Assembly (NCBI GenBank): GCA_008632985.1
Contig: QPGO01000110.1
Span: 186,001-250,000 of the forward strand
Reading direction: 5' to 3'
DNA from: Psammoneis japonica
Taxonomy: Eukaryota
Length of the DNA: 64,000 nt
The position numbers and the translations under genes were made by a program. Under the pieces are notes generated by a model. That model was given only the letters and a program-made list of their open reading frames with translations, was not told the origin of the DNA and made no database searches. This document shows, piece after piece, positions 49,714 through 61,885 of the stretch (positions within the stretch are counted from its first letter, which is position 1; every line of letters begins with the position of its first letter).

Positions 49714-50109
49714 GACGCGTTCCAGACGTAGGTGGGAATCCGTGTGACATTGGGCCCGTAGACTTCTACGTGCGAGCTCCGTAGTAAAATTATACGGTAA
49801 TTAAAATGTCAATGATCGCCAACAGAAAATGAGGCAATTTTGCGAACGCACAAACTCGCACATGATTGAAGTACATCATTTTTTACTTAGCCAGTTACAT
49901 TCTTCAGACATTGAAGAATGTAACTGGAGCATTATTGTTTCTATAAATTTGTTATATAAAACGTCTGGGGCTTCGCAAAACAGCGAGTCTGGACAATTTT
50001 TTTTAAATATCACACGTAGAAATCTACGTACGAAACATACGACGGATGATAAAAATTATTGTTGTCACACGTCAGTACTACGAGCTCCCACCTAGGGCTG
50101 GAACGCGTC
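49714..50109. mobile_element. 396-bp MITE with 24-bp TIRs and 4-bp TSD GGCT
   Basis: gacgcgttccagacgtaggtggga vs reverse complement of the right end gacgcgttccagccctaggtggga (22/24); GGCT at 49710-49713 and 50110-50113; AT-rich interior with TA intact. Confidence 0.92.
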
Positions 50110-51134
50110 GGCTGCGCCAATTCCGGTTGACTCCATTCGTGAACTGTGCACTGCTGTTGGTCCAGCTGAAGGAACCCCGGAACATGCGGAGTTACAACAG
50201 GCTGCTGGTTTTGGGTGCCGCACTCTCCTTGGTGAATTGTTGTGTGCATGTGTTGTCTGTCGATTGGATGTTGGCTGTGCCATCACCACTCTCTCCAAGT
50301 TCTCCACCTGCCCTGCTTTTGTTCACTGTGGTGCACTCAAGGGAGTGTGCAAGCACCTTCGACGCACCAAGCATTGGGAACTGAACTGCAAAAAGCCTGC
50401 CCGAGACTCACGACTGCCCACCTGCCCCTTCGAACGTCTCACTCCGGACCTGACCCTGCCTTCGTTCCCTTTCTCAGAATGTGATCATCAACTTGTTGCC
50501 TTTTTGGATGCTGCACATGGCAATGACCTCCGCAACCGTCGCTCTACGACCGGCTGTGCTTGCATGTTAGCTGGCGCTGCCACATCCTTTCGATGAAAGA
50601 CCCAATTGGTGGCTGCTGCAAGTTCTGCGGAAGCTGAATTCTGCGCTGCTGGCACTGCTGCCAAGCATGTCCTTTGCCTTTGTCACATCCTGCATGACCT
50701 GGGCTTCCCTCAGACGAAGGCAACCCCGTCATGCATTGACAACAAATCGGCGATCAAGATCATCAATCATTCGATCCCGACCAAGCGATCCCGTCACATT
50801 GAGATCCAGTTTTTTGCGATTCAAGAATGGAAGGAAGTGGGCAAGATTGTCACAAGACATGTCCCTGGCATTGTCAACCCCAGTGATGACCTCACCAAGG
50901 CCCTTGGCTGGGCACTGCATGCTCGCCACGCTCGACGCATGATGGGACACTGCTGTTGACATTTTTTTTCGTGGTGGCATCCCTGCTGCGCATTGCCCCC
51001 CTTGTTTGATGGCGCATTGGGCATGGACACTTGTCGTGTCCCCTGTCTGGTCTCTCTGTTTCCCTGCATCATCCCTGTTCTTTGTTTTGATCTGCACTGC
51101 TGTCTGTGTTGAGACATTGCAGATCAGGGGAGGG

Positions 51135-51330
51135 TGTCAGCCTGCTCATCTACATGTTGCACGATGGACAGACTGGATGCGGATGATGGCTGGACCATTT
51201 AGATGGACGAGCAGATCTCTCTGAGATCTGCTTCTCACTTTCTCATCCACCAGTGCTCGTGTTGTCACAGTCCTGGCACTTCAGGGAGTCTTTCACACCT
51301 CTGTCATCATTGACCTTCGGCATTCTGTCA
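51135..51330 (+). repeat. 3' LTR
   Basis: Preceded by a polypurine tract and followed by TSD CTTTG. Confidence 0.97.
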
Positions 51331-53884
51331 CTTTGGCTCCAGCCACCCTGACTGGGGTTGAATGTGACCCTTGCATCAACCACCAGACTGGAGAAGAGCA
51401 GTCGCTGTTGTCAGTTTTTCTTCAAGCCACATCAGAGGCAGTTGCCAGCTGTCCATGTGGTGGCCATTGCTTTTTCAATGATTGCTCTCATCAGTCTCAA
51501 CATGCCAGCAAGCAAAGGCAGTTTTTCCATTTGCCACTTCTGGTCCAGGGCATTTTCACAGGCATGGGCCAACCTTTCCATCAACTTTCAGCCGCACCAC
51601 ACCACACCACAAAATTTGAATTTTCTTCAAAAAAAAATGTTGCACACAAAGAAGAGGTGGGCACAAAACTGTGCTGCAAAAGTGGTTGTCTGTTTTTTTC
51701 ACACTGAGACAAACACTCTCATGATCAAACACACATGGAACTCTGTGGGTGTGCCACCCAGAGCTGCTGCACATTTTGGCTTTTGGAAGTGAGTTGTCAG
51801 TCTGCTGCCCTTTGAGTCAGAATGTTGTGAGATGGAACAGGCATCTGTTGTCAGTGGCATCGGCACTCAAAAGCCGGTCTTTTCACAAGACACCTCTCTT
51901 GTTCTTGTGTCTTGTTTGCAGAAAAAAGTTGAAGGGGAGGGTTTCATGATGGCCCTGTTGCTTGCAATCCAAAAAGTTGTTCAGCCCCGCTCAGGCAAAA
52001 AATGAACCACCAAGTGGCCCGCAACTTGTGCAACGTGAAACTCGCAACTGACACAATGAAGTGGTGCCAGATGAAGCAATTTGCAGAGACAAAATTTGTT
52101 GGAGACAAGACAAATGGAGACAAAAGAAAAGTCAGGAGACAAGACAGATGGAGATGGGGACAAAACAGACAGAGACAACAGAGACAAACAGCATGCTGCG
52201 ACCATGATGATGATGCAAGCTGGCCTTGCAGCAACCCTGCTTGAGCCCCATTGCTCTCAGCTTTCTCTCTTGTCTGTGTCTTTTCTCTGGGTTGGCTCTG
52301 GAGTCATCTGTCTGGGCATTGGGAAAGTGTCAGGCCCCCCCTGTTGCACCCCAAGTTGTGTGTCTTTGTTTCCACATTGCCCGCTTGAGATGAGCTCCAG
52401 CTTCAGGTGGACCTTGCTCCAGCAGGAGAGACTGCATGGCATTTTGCTCTTTTTGACATCTCACAGCACAAAAACTTTTGATGTTTTTGTGAGCTCATGT
52501 TCTCTGATGACGTCTGCAGAGTGCAGCCTTGCACACATGCACACACTCTGATTTTCACAAAGAAGGGTGTGCACAAAGAGGCACGCTCAACCATGCTGCA
52601 AAAGAAGTCATTTGTTTTGATGTTGAAAACAAAAAATGCACGGGCCATGGAGCTCTTGCACAGGTTTCTGTGGGTGCAATGTTGTGGCATGCCCCACCCA
52701 GAGCCGGGGGGGGCCAGAGCCGGGGGGGGGTCTCTGGGTGACGTGTTCCAGTCCCAGGTGACACACAAAACGACAATCAATTTTGAGTGCAAATCATGTG
52801 TCTCTCGTGCATGAAGCATTTGCATGTAAAATGCTTGAGCAGATGTGCTTTTGCAGGTGCATGGAGTGTGGACATCTAATTGGTTTTTTTCATTGGCACG
52901 CAAGTTCTCATGTGACATGTGTCGTGAACTCCCTCAGCAGACTCAATGCTGATTGCATGTCAGTGCATTGCACACAGAGATTTGTCTGCAGGCAGAAGTC
53001 ATGCAAGACAGGATCACAGAAAAATTGTTCATGTCAACATCAAAATGACAGCAATGTTTTTGCCGAAAATCATCCGTTGTGTTGCGATTTGTTCGCTGCA
53101 ACAAAAAACAAAGATTGCACAAAAACAATGACATTGCAGCACTGACGCGAGTCTTGTTGGTGTTGCAAAACATTCAAACTTGCATGAGTCCATGCTTTTT
53201 GGTGGAGAAAGCTCGATCGCAAGTTAGAGACCGTGCAAAAATTGCACAAATGTCATTTTTGTGCACGACTTGGTTCACGCACGGCTGGAACACATCAGGT
53301 GCAGCCTCGAATTTCCTGGGAAAGTTGGCAGCTTCAGCCAGACTTTGACCCCTTGCGCCAGAGCCAGAAACACTCAAGAGATTGGCATCGTCAGTCTGCT
53401 GCCCTTTGAACCAGCATGTTGTGAGATGGAACATGCGCTCATTGTCAGCGGCACCGGTGCTTGAAAACCGGGCTTTTCACCAGGCATCTCTTGTTCGCAG
53501 GAAGTTGAAAGGGGGCAATTTTTTGTGATGGCTCTCCACACAACTGACCTGGTGGCCCTGTTGCTTGCGACCCCACCAAAAGTTGGCTGGGCCCAGCCAG
53601 CTGGCTAGAGCTTTGCATTGGCATGGCATTGGTCGGTTTGAGAAACGCATCAGGCATGAAAACGGGGTTTCGCAATCACCCTCCGCGTGGCACCTGCCAC
53701 CATTAGCAGCTAGAGTCTACGGCACCACGTGGTTGGGCGCAGCGCGTCGCGTAGTCTTCTTCTTCGTCAGCCCGTCGCAACATCGCGCAGTCTCCGCGCC
53801 GCCAAGTGATGCTTGTGTTGCGGTGTTGGTGTTCAGTCACCAGTCACAGTCACGCCGCACAATGATTGTTAGGTCGCAACGACC

Positions 53885-56800
53885 ATGAGCCAAGTCAGTC
53901 AAGAAGAACCACCGGAGGCTCGTCATTTACCGAGAGCTTCGTCCCCATTAATCTCAGAACTGACAAAGTTGAACTTGAATGAATTGCGACTGTACGGAAG
54001 ATGCAATGAACTCGAAGAGCTTCAAGTTATTTATGGCAAGGTCGATAATAACGCAGCCAATGCGGTATTTGTTTGCGGAAATTCGGGTGTAGGAAAAACG
54101 ACGCTGGTTGAAACATTTCTAAGGGGTTTGTCATCATCATCGTCGTCCTCGAGTCGTAAGCGGAGAAGGCAGTACTCTGTCTCGGCGAAGTTTGATCAAC
54201 ACGGGGTAGGTAAACCGTACTCAACGTTAGCGGTGGCCTTCAACAGTGTATGCGACCAAATTCTTTTAGACTCCGACTCGAAAGAAGAAATAATAAAGGA
54301 AATTCGCATGACAGTTGGATCCGAAGCAAAAGTATTGAAGGATGTCATTCCTCAGCTTCATGAGTTACTTGGTGGAGAGGATCAAAGCCCCTATGAAACG
54401 ACGGAGGAAAGCGCATCAATGGAACGAGGAAGTACTGCGGAGCAGGCATTCAACAGAATAGCATTTGCCTTTCGAGCCTTTCTTAGGGCTGTTTGCTCTC
54501 ATATGGTTCACCCTCTTGTTATATTCATTGATGATCTTCAATGGGCTGATTCATCGTCGCTCAAGCTGGTAGAGTCCATGCTTACAGATTCGAAGTCCAA
54601 CAACTTGCTCGTTATCGGTGCGTACAGAGACAATGAAGTTAGTCATGACCACAAATTGTCCAAGATGATAGAGCAAGTGCAAGAACAAAGATCAATTTAC
54701 AATATTCAAGTGAACAATTTCGAAGTTGCTACTGTCAATGAGCTGCTTACAAACGTGCTCAAGGAGGAGGATGCGAACGCGACCATGCCGCTTGCCGAAC
54801 TTGTACACCATCGTACCGACGGAAATATTTTTTTCGTGCTGCAATTCCTCGATCTTCTGTTAGAAAAGAGGTTGCTTCAATATTCTCTTGTCTCTTACAA
54901 GTGGACTTGGGATCTCGCCGGTATCAGAGAGAAAACCAGTATTTCGGACAATGTGGTGGAACTGGTTGCTAGTAGATTGAAAAGATTGGACGAAAATGTA
55001 CAGTATGTTCTTCGAATTGCAGCCTGCCTTTGGTCGACGTTCGACGTGACCTTTTTGGAACCGGTTCTGTGCCGATTAGAAGAGGGAACGGCCAGGTTTG
55101 GAAGCAAGGAGGATGTCATTCGAATTCTCGACTTGGCGGTTCAAGAGGATCTGGTTGAAAGGGAATCGGATTTGCGATATCGATTTTCTCATGATCGGAT
55201 TCAACAGGGAGCGTACTCTTCGCTTCCACAAGGCCGAGAACGAGATCGCATGCACATACGGATTGGCGATATTGTATTGAAACTAAGCAAAGAATACAGT
55301 GGATCGAAGGAGTGGTTGATGTTTATTGCCGCCCATCAATTGAACATTGGAGCAGCTTGCATTATTGACCCAACCAAACAAGTGGAACTGGCTGAATTGA
55401 ATCTAGAGGTGGCTAAGATCGCCATTTCCTTATCTGCCTTTGTTCCAGCAGCAGAGTACCTCCAGTCGGGGATCGATATTTTGGCGACTCAGCAAGATTC
55501 TTGGGACAAACACTACAGCTTGAGCTTACAGCTCCATACTGCATCGGCAAAATTGGAGTTTTGCAATGGAAATGTCGAACATGGCAAAAATGTAGTCAAC
55601 GAGGTATTGGCCAATGCCCATTGTTTACGAGACAAGCTCCCAGTGTACTTTGACTTAATTGATGCTCTTCTCCATAAGGAGCGCAAGTATGATGAGTCAA
55701 TGAAACTTGGACTTGACGTATTGTCGCAATTAGGTGAGAATCTCCCTAAGAAAGTGTCGACATTGCGTATCGTGCTGGCTCTTCTCAAAACGAAGCGAAT
55801 AGTACGGAAACTGAGCAACGATGACCTTAAACAACTTCCCATGATGAAAGATGAACACAAGATCGCTGCGATGAATGTGCTGAACTTTTTGGTTATTTGT
55901 GCATTTTGGGCGGAAACGCCAGAATGGTTTGCTTTTTCAATTCTGCGCATGATGCAGCTTACTCTCTGCTATGGGGTCACCAACGCTTCTTCGATTGCTT
56001 TTGCGAATTTTGCCGTACTCTTGTGTTCACTTGGTGATTTCAAAGAGGCGTATCGTCTTGGAAAGGTTGCGCTGGATCTTGTTGAGAGACTTCAGGCAAA
56101 GGATTGCATAGGGCGTGTGCTTTTCTTGATGTATAGCATTATAAACCCCTGGCAGAAGCCTCTCCACGACTCCCTTGAACCTCTCTTACAATCTCACAGA
56201 ATTGGAATGGAAAGTGGAGATATCGAGACGGGCGTTAGCAGTTGTGGAAGCTACGGGCTTGCATATCTATTCTGCGGTTTGCCGCTGGTCGTAAGTACTA
56301 TCGCCATTCTCTTCTGTTCTATCGGCTTTGTTTTAGGAACTGATTCACACTTACCAACCAATCATACCGTGTTGTATGAAATTAGCCTCTTGAGAAGGAT
56401 TTTCGTTCTCACATTGAGCTCATGAGGGAATACAAACAGGCAACTGCATTGCCTGGAAATCTTCTTACTTGGCAGTTCATCCTGAATCTTATGGGAGAGT
56501 GTGAAAATCCTTTGGTGTTGACAGGAGAGGCCATGAATCAGGATACGTTCCTCGACAGCACGAAAGAAAAAGATGCTTCATGGGGGATGTACTGGTTGCA
56601 TCGACTTCAGCTTGCATATTACTTTGGCGATATAGACTTGGCCCTAGATATGGCCGAGAAATTCCGGAAAAATTGTAAGAACGTGCAGTGTCACTTTATG
56701 ATGCATGTTTTTACCTTCTTTGAGGGCCTTTTTTTTCTGGAGATGGTGCGAAGAACCAAAAAGCGCAAGTACAAGACTCGCGCTCAACGTAGTATCAAGA

Positions 56801-57351
56801 AAATGAGGAAATGGGTCAAGTTGGGAGTGGTAAATTGCTCACATAAACTTCAGTTGTTGGAGGCAGAATACAAGTCACTCACAGGTAAACCAGATGATGT
56901 GAAGGATGATTACGATCTTGCAATCACATTCGCTAGAAGGTCGGGGTTTTTTCAAGATCACGCTCTAGCCTGTGAAAGAGCCGGTGTTTTCTTTTATAGC
57001 AATGGCGACAACTATTGGGCTACTTTGCGCTTGACGGATGCTCATAGTCTCTACCGTGAGTGGGGAGCCACCATAAAAGCCGATCATTTGTCGGAGCGAC
57101 ATGGACATTGCATCTCATCTGAAAGCCGTTCATTCTCGACAAGTCACAAAGGCAGGCAACGATTCACGGACAAGTTTTCCAAGATGCACAAGAAACTTTC
57201 CGTTGAGCGAATAGAAGAACAGAGTTCCTCGGAATTGTTTCGCGCCCAGGATTATCATAGTTCTGGAAGCTTTCAGACACCGAGATGCAGTCCTCAGAAC
57301 TTGGAAACGTCCAATGAAAGTTCTGTAGAATTTCAACTATCCAGTGGTTAG
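53885..57351 (+). CDS. STAND/AAA_16-type ATPase with long helical (TPR-like) region; intron 56291-56385
   Basis: LYGR, GNSGVGKT (Walker A), IFIDDLQWAD (Walker B), GAYRDNEV, TDGNIFF, FSHDRIQQ, ALACERAG, EWGA..KA; GTAAGT...TTAG phase-0 intron. Confidence 0.9.
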
Positions 57352-59739
57352 GTCGAACTAAGTTAAACCGTCCACTCGACAAATTCATACAGCCTTTTTT
57401 CCATCCGGGGCATCTAACGTCCTGCAACGCTGAAACGTACCAAGCGCTCAGCCATCATGCCTTGCCGGAGGGCGAACCACCTCACGGGCATGCCGGCACA
57501 CTGTTGTCAGAGTGCAGCCACAAGTGCAATTACATCAGAGAAATGTGCAGGTGGTCAATCCCAACGATGCAGCGCATTTGGCGTGCATTTGTCTCTCGAG
57601 CATTGCAACAGCTTTTTGCAATGAAAGCAAGTTGTGGTGTTCTTTTAAAAAGGCTTGTGCTGGCATGAGGATTGAGCAAGGAAAAGTTCTGCAAGGACAC
57701 AGCTCTTTGCTCACAGTGCCATGCAAACAAGAGAAAGGACTCTGGGCACATTTCAAAGAGGAGGTCAGGAGCACTTGTGTGTTGGGTCATCTGGTCATGC
57801 ACCAGGCATGGACAAGCTCACTGCAGGCTCTGTGGCCATCACTGCCACCTCCATTGCTGCGGTTGACAAACTGGGAGCATCAGAAGGGCAAAATGGCATT
57901 GGAGTCAGGGGCTCAAAGAAATCACGTTTAGCCAGAAACAGCAACAATGTCCCAAGAATTCATGGGCGTGCCACATTTGAGATTTCAGTTGTCAACGAGG
58001 GGCAACTCTTGAGCACACTCACAGCTTTTGCTGACTCAATTCCAGTTTCAGCCAATCAAGCCCTTGAAGTCAGTCAAACACCAACTTTGAAAAATGGCAG
58101 CTTGTCCAGTGCTGCTGCTGTGTCAAGCCTGCCTGCAACTGGCAACATCTGGCCCCAAGCGAAAGAGCTCCATGTGACATGGGCAGCAAAATTGTCAAGC
58201 AACGAACATGTGGGGACAATTGCCAACAAAAAAGAGGCAGTTTTGTGAGTGCATCTCCTCCTCCACACTTGAAGTGCATCATTTCCAGTTTGTCTGGGTG
58301 TGTTTTTCAAACACAGAAGAGCACGCCCAGCCTGTGTTGGCTTTCGCACAAATGAAAAAAATGGGAAGAGCCTTTGGCTTGGCAAAGCAAAGAGCATGAA
58401 GCAGTTTTGCAGCAGACCACACACAGAAAGGCATGTGCATGACATGTGACATGGTCCAAATGACCCTTGTGTGTCACAGTGCTTCAGCACGAGGCCCCAC
58501 CTGGAGCCAGGGCATGTCTCTGGCACTTCTTGAAAACTGGTGGTGGGTGCAGCTTGCCTGCAGGAGCCAGACAGCCCTCACAGCAGGGGCTTCACACAAG
58601 ATTTGCAAGGTGTTTGGGGGCCCTCAGAGTCATTGCAAAATGGTGTGGGAGGGCTGTGAGAAAAGTGGATCTGGGAAAAAAGCTTGTGCTGCATCAGAGC
58701 ATGCAACACAGTGATCGGCACCTCCTTTCTCATGGTGATTTTTGTTCCTTTTATGGATGTCATTTTTGTGGTTTCAAACCTCATCAGTTGTGTGGCGGGC
58801 AATGACATGTCAACTGTGATGGATGAGCATTTTTGTGCTGTGGGATTTGACCCCCTCTCCCTTTGAAGACAACTCATTTCACTGTGAAACAGGGGCACAT
58901 TTTCCCTGTGAGAGTGCCCACCCTCTGTCCCTGCAAAACCTGCAAATTAAAATCATTTGCGCTGCTCCACAAACACTCCACTTTGTTGTTTGCATTGAAG
59001 CCAAATGGCGCTGATGGAGACAACACCCTGGAGTTTGCACCAGCAGCTGCAGCTTGCTTTCTTGAAGTGCCGCTGCTGGCAGCCACCTTGTTCACCACCA
59101 AAAAGTTCAGAGCACGTTGTGAGAGTGCAGCGTGGATGAGCCAACACTGCCAACAGGAACGGCAATGTAGACTCACTGGTGCATCTGGTGCCGCTGCTTC
59201 TGGAGCAGGTGAGTTTGCAGCAGGAGCTGCTGTTCCATGACTTGAAGTGCCGCTGCTCTGTTCCACCTCATTCATTGCCAAAAAGAGTGGAACATGTTGT
59301 GAGAGCACAGAAATGTGGCAACATGGACTCACCAGTGCATCCGACACTGCTGCTTCTGGAGCAGGCAAGTTTGCAGCAGAGAAGCACTGTTGCTCTGACC
59401 CACCTCATTCAGCACCAAAAAGCACAAAGCACATTGTGAGAGCACAAAACAGATGAGCTGACATGAGCTGCAACACACTCACTGGTGCATTGGTGTGTTT
59501 GGCAGCACCGCTGACTCCATGGACACCGGTGTGTTGTGCAAGACGTTGAGCACCCATGTGGTGCAAGATGTTGAGCACCCAGCTCCACCCCTGCAACTCA
59601 AAGACAAAACACAGAAAGAAAGCATGTGAGCAAGCAAAAAACATCTTAAGTGCCACAGAACGCACTTGCTGGAACAGCCATGGGAACAAGCACCACCTGC
59701 ATGTGCACCACACTGCACAAGGTGCTGCTGCACAAATGA

Positions 59740-60210
59740 CAAAGTCATGTGGCAATGACCAAGTTCGCCCCACACCTCCCATGCTGTGGATGGTTCATCA
59801 ACGACATGTTTAGAGCATGTGCCAGAAACAGCAGAGAGACTTGGAAAGCCTTTAAAAATGAGCCTGACAACTCAGGCAACCTCCAATGGGTTGCCTCCCC
59901 ACTCTCCAACTCTGCATTGTTTCTGGATCTGGACGTGGAAATTGGAGAAGATGGATGTGATGCAAGCGAACATGTCAAAAACCAATGAAGCTCTTTTTGT
60001 GCATGCCTTTTTTGAAGAGTGTCACATGTGGCAAAGAACTTTTTCATGCGTGTGATTCTGAGAGCTGCAGGAACAAGCACCGCCTCCAGTCTTGCTGGAT
60101 CTGGACATGGAAATTTGAGAAGATGGATGTGTTGTCAGTGAATGCATCAAAACACCAATGAACCTCTTTTTGCACATGCCTTGTTTTTGAAGAGTGTCAT
60201 TTGTGGCAAC
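59740..60210 (+). mobile_element. Penelope-like reverse transcriptase fragment, with a local duplication (59923-60034 / 60095-60209)
   Basis: FINDMF..W.AFK..LQW..LSNS..FLDLDVEI, then a KPMxLFLxMP-like segment (KPMNLYLYIP-type thumb motif). Confidence 0.55.
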
Positions 60211-60864
60211 TCATGATGATTCTGGATGCAAAACTCTGACATGCATGATTGCACCAATGCTGCAGAAAAGAAAGTTTGTGATGTGCATGCACATGACAAC
60301 ATGCCAGCAGCTCAGCATTCTGGATGCGGCAGATTCATGACAGCACACTTGCAATCACGAAACTCAAGCTGCACCCAAATCAAAACCCATCTTGGCCAAC
60401 CAGAAGGACAGCAGGTCTCACCATGCATTGAGCTGCTGTCATTGGCCAATGGGGCAAAGTCTTTCACCACCATGGCCGGTTGTCAATTTGCAGATTTGTG
60501 ACCACATGTAGAACCCACATGAATCACAACAGCGCACACTCTCACTTTTTGACTTTTGGGGAGAGGGTGGGCTGTTGTGAAGTGTGTGGAAAATTGCACA
60601 CGTGAAAAAAATGCTGAAAACACCGTAGACCAAGGGGCTGCAAAAATCTGGGGAAGCATGAAGAGGAATTTTTAAAATGGAGGGTGGGTCACATGCATGT
60701 GTGAAGCAAACTGCACACATGCAAACACATGCACATGAGTTGAGGAAGGCCAAAGTGGAGGCCAAGTTCAAACTGATGACCATCAAAAGGAAACCAAACC
60801 ATGCATCACAAAACACAGATGTCAGCTCCAACCAAGTTCAACATTGCATGCATTTGATTGAAGC

Positions 60865-61885
60865 TTGTGTGCTTTTCTGCACAAGCACCTGCTGGCAGCC
60901 CCTTCTTGTGTTTCTGCATGTGCTCTCATGCTGATGTCACCCTTTTCAGATTGCATTTTGACAGGTCCCCCTGCAACCTTTTGGATCCTTCTGCCATTGG
61001 TGCACCCTTGTCTCTCCATGATGTGCAACAATTTTCAGTGGAAACAGACTGGCATGGATGCCTTGTGGCTTGCATGCTTGTTGTCTCATTTGGCAATTTT
61101 TTGTGGATTCGGCGCAGTTTCCACACAGAATCCAGTGCAAATTCCACGTGCTTCTGGAACATCCACCAATGATCAGCACGTCTTTGATGCGATCAACTTC
61201 CTTCCACACCCAAAAGCTCCCAACAATTTCTTTTGCTCCTGCTGGCTGCACAAGTTCTTCACCTCATGTGGCAACAGTGCTGTCCCTGTTGTGGTGCCTG
61301 CGAGTGTTTGTTTGGACAAACCATCTGCATTGCCTGACGACCATCCATTTGCTGTGCTGATTTGCATTTCTGCGCATGACTCAGTGTCAATTCTACGTGA
61401 GAACAATGTTTCTTCCAACGACCTTCTTGTCATGTCACCAAGGCTTCCTGTTTCATCCTTGCAAGTCCTGAACACCCCCTTTTCCATTTGCTGGCCTGCC
61501 ATGATTGCTGTTCTGAGCAGCGAACTGCATGTTTTTGTTCTGGTGCATGCAATTTTGAAATTCAGCCAGTCTTTGTTGAAGACAAGACCCTCCCTCAGAA
61601 GCAAAGGTTTTCTCCCGGAGTTTGTGCTGACTTTGAATTCTCTGCTCAACACGATTGTCCTTTGCTGCAAGGGTTTGGGTGCATTGGGTCCCCTCTGAAA
61701 GAAAGCAACAACCTTGTTCTTGTGCAACTTCTCCTTGACCTCTTCTTCTGCACATCACTGCAAAGCGGCACGTTGACTGACTGGTTGCACAATCTTCTGC
61801 TGCTGCACCCCTTGCAGAGTGTGCTGGAAGTGTGGGTTGGCCAGCACCGGCGTTGCTGGGCAAAGGTGCAACAGCACTAAAAACT
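60865..61885 (+). repeat. Dispersed repeat, copy 2 of 32200-33230
   Basis: Colinear homology; many differences are TG/CA/CG/TA exchanges. Confidence 0.9.

Larger units (their letters stand above)
45056..50959 (+). pseudogene. Copia pol (protease, integrase, RT, RNase H), with stops, frameshifts and two nested insertions
   Basis: LDTGAD; LWHQRLGH..CPTC; DQGGEL; GGDARDAC; ALQGHPEAG; RQVDDF; DAAHGND..RRSTTG; SSAEAEF; RSRHIEI; NPSDDLTK. Confidence 0.95.
42659..51330 (+). mobile_element. Full-length Ty1/Copia (CoDi-like) LTR retrotransposon, inactivated
   Basis: 196-bp TG...CA LTRs; 5-bp TSD CTTTG (42654-42658, 51331-51335); PBS-like ggttgtggcc at 42855; PPT aggggaggg before 51135; gag-PR-IN-RT-RH order. 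Confidence 0.97.
41440..53690. repeat. Decayed host repeat block into which the Copia inserted; includes diverged direct repeats at about 51790-51990 and 53385-53590
   Basis: TA/CG-depleted on both sides of the Copia TSD; boundaries approximate. Confidence 0.6.
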
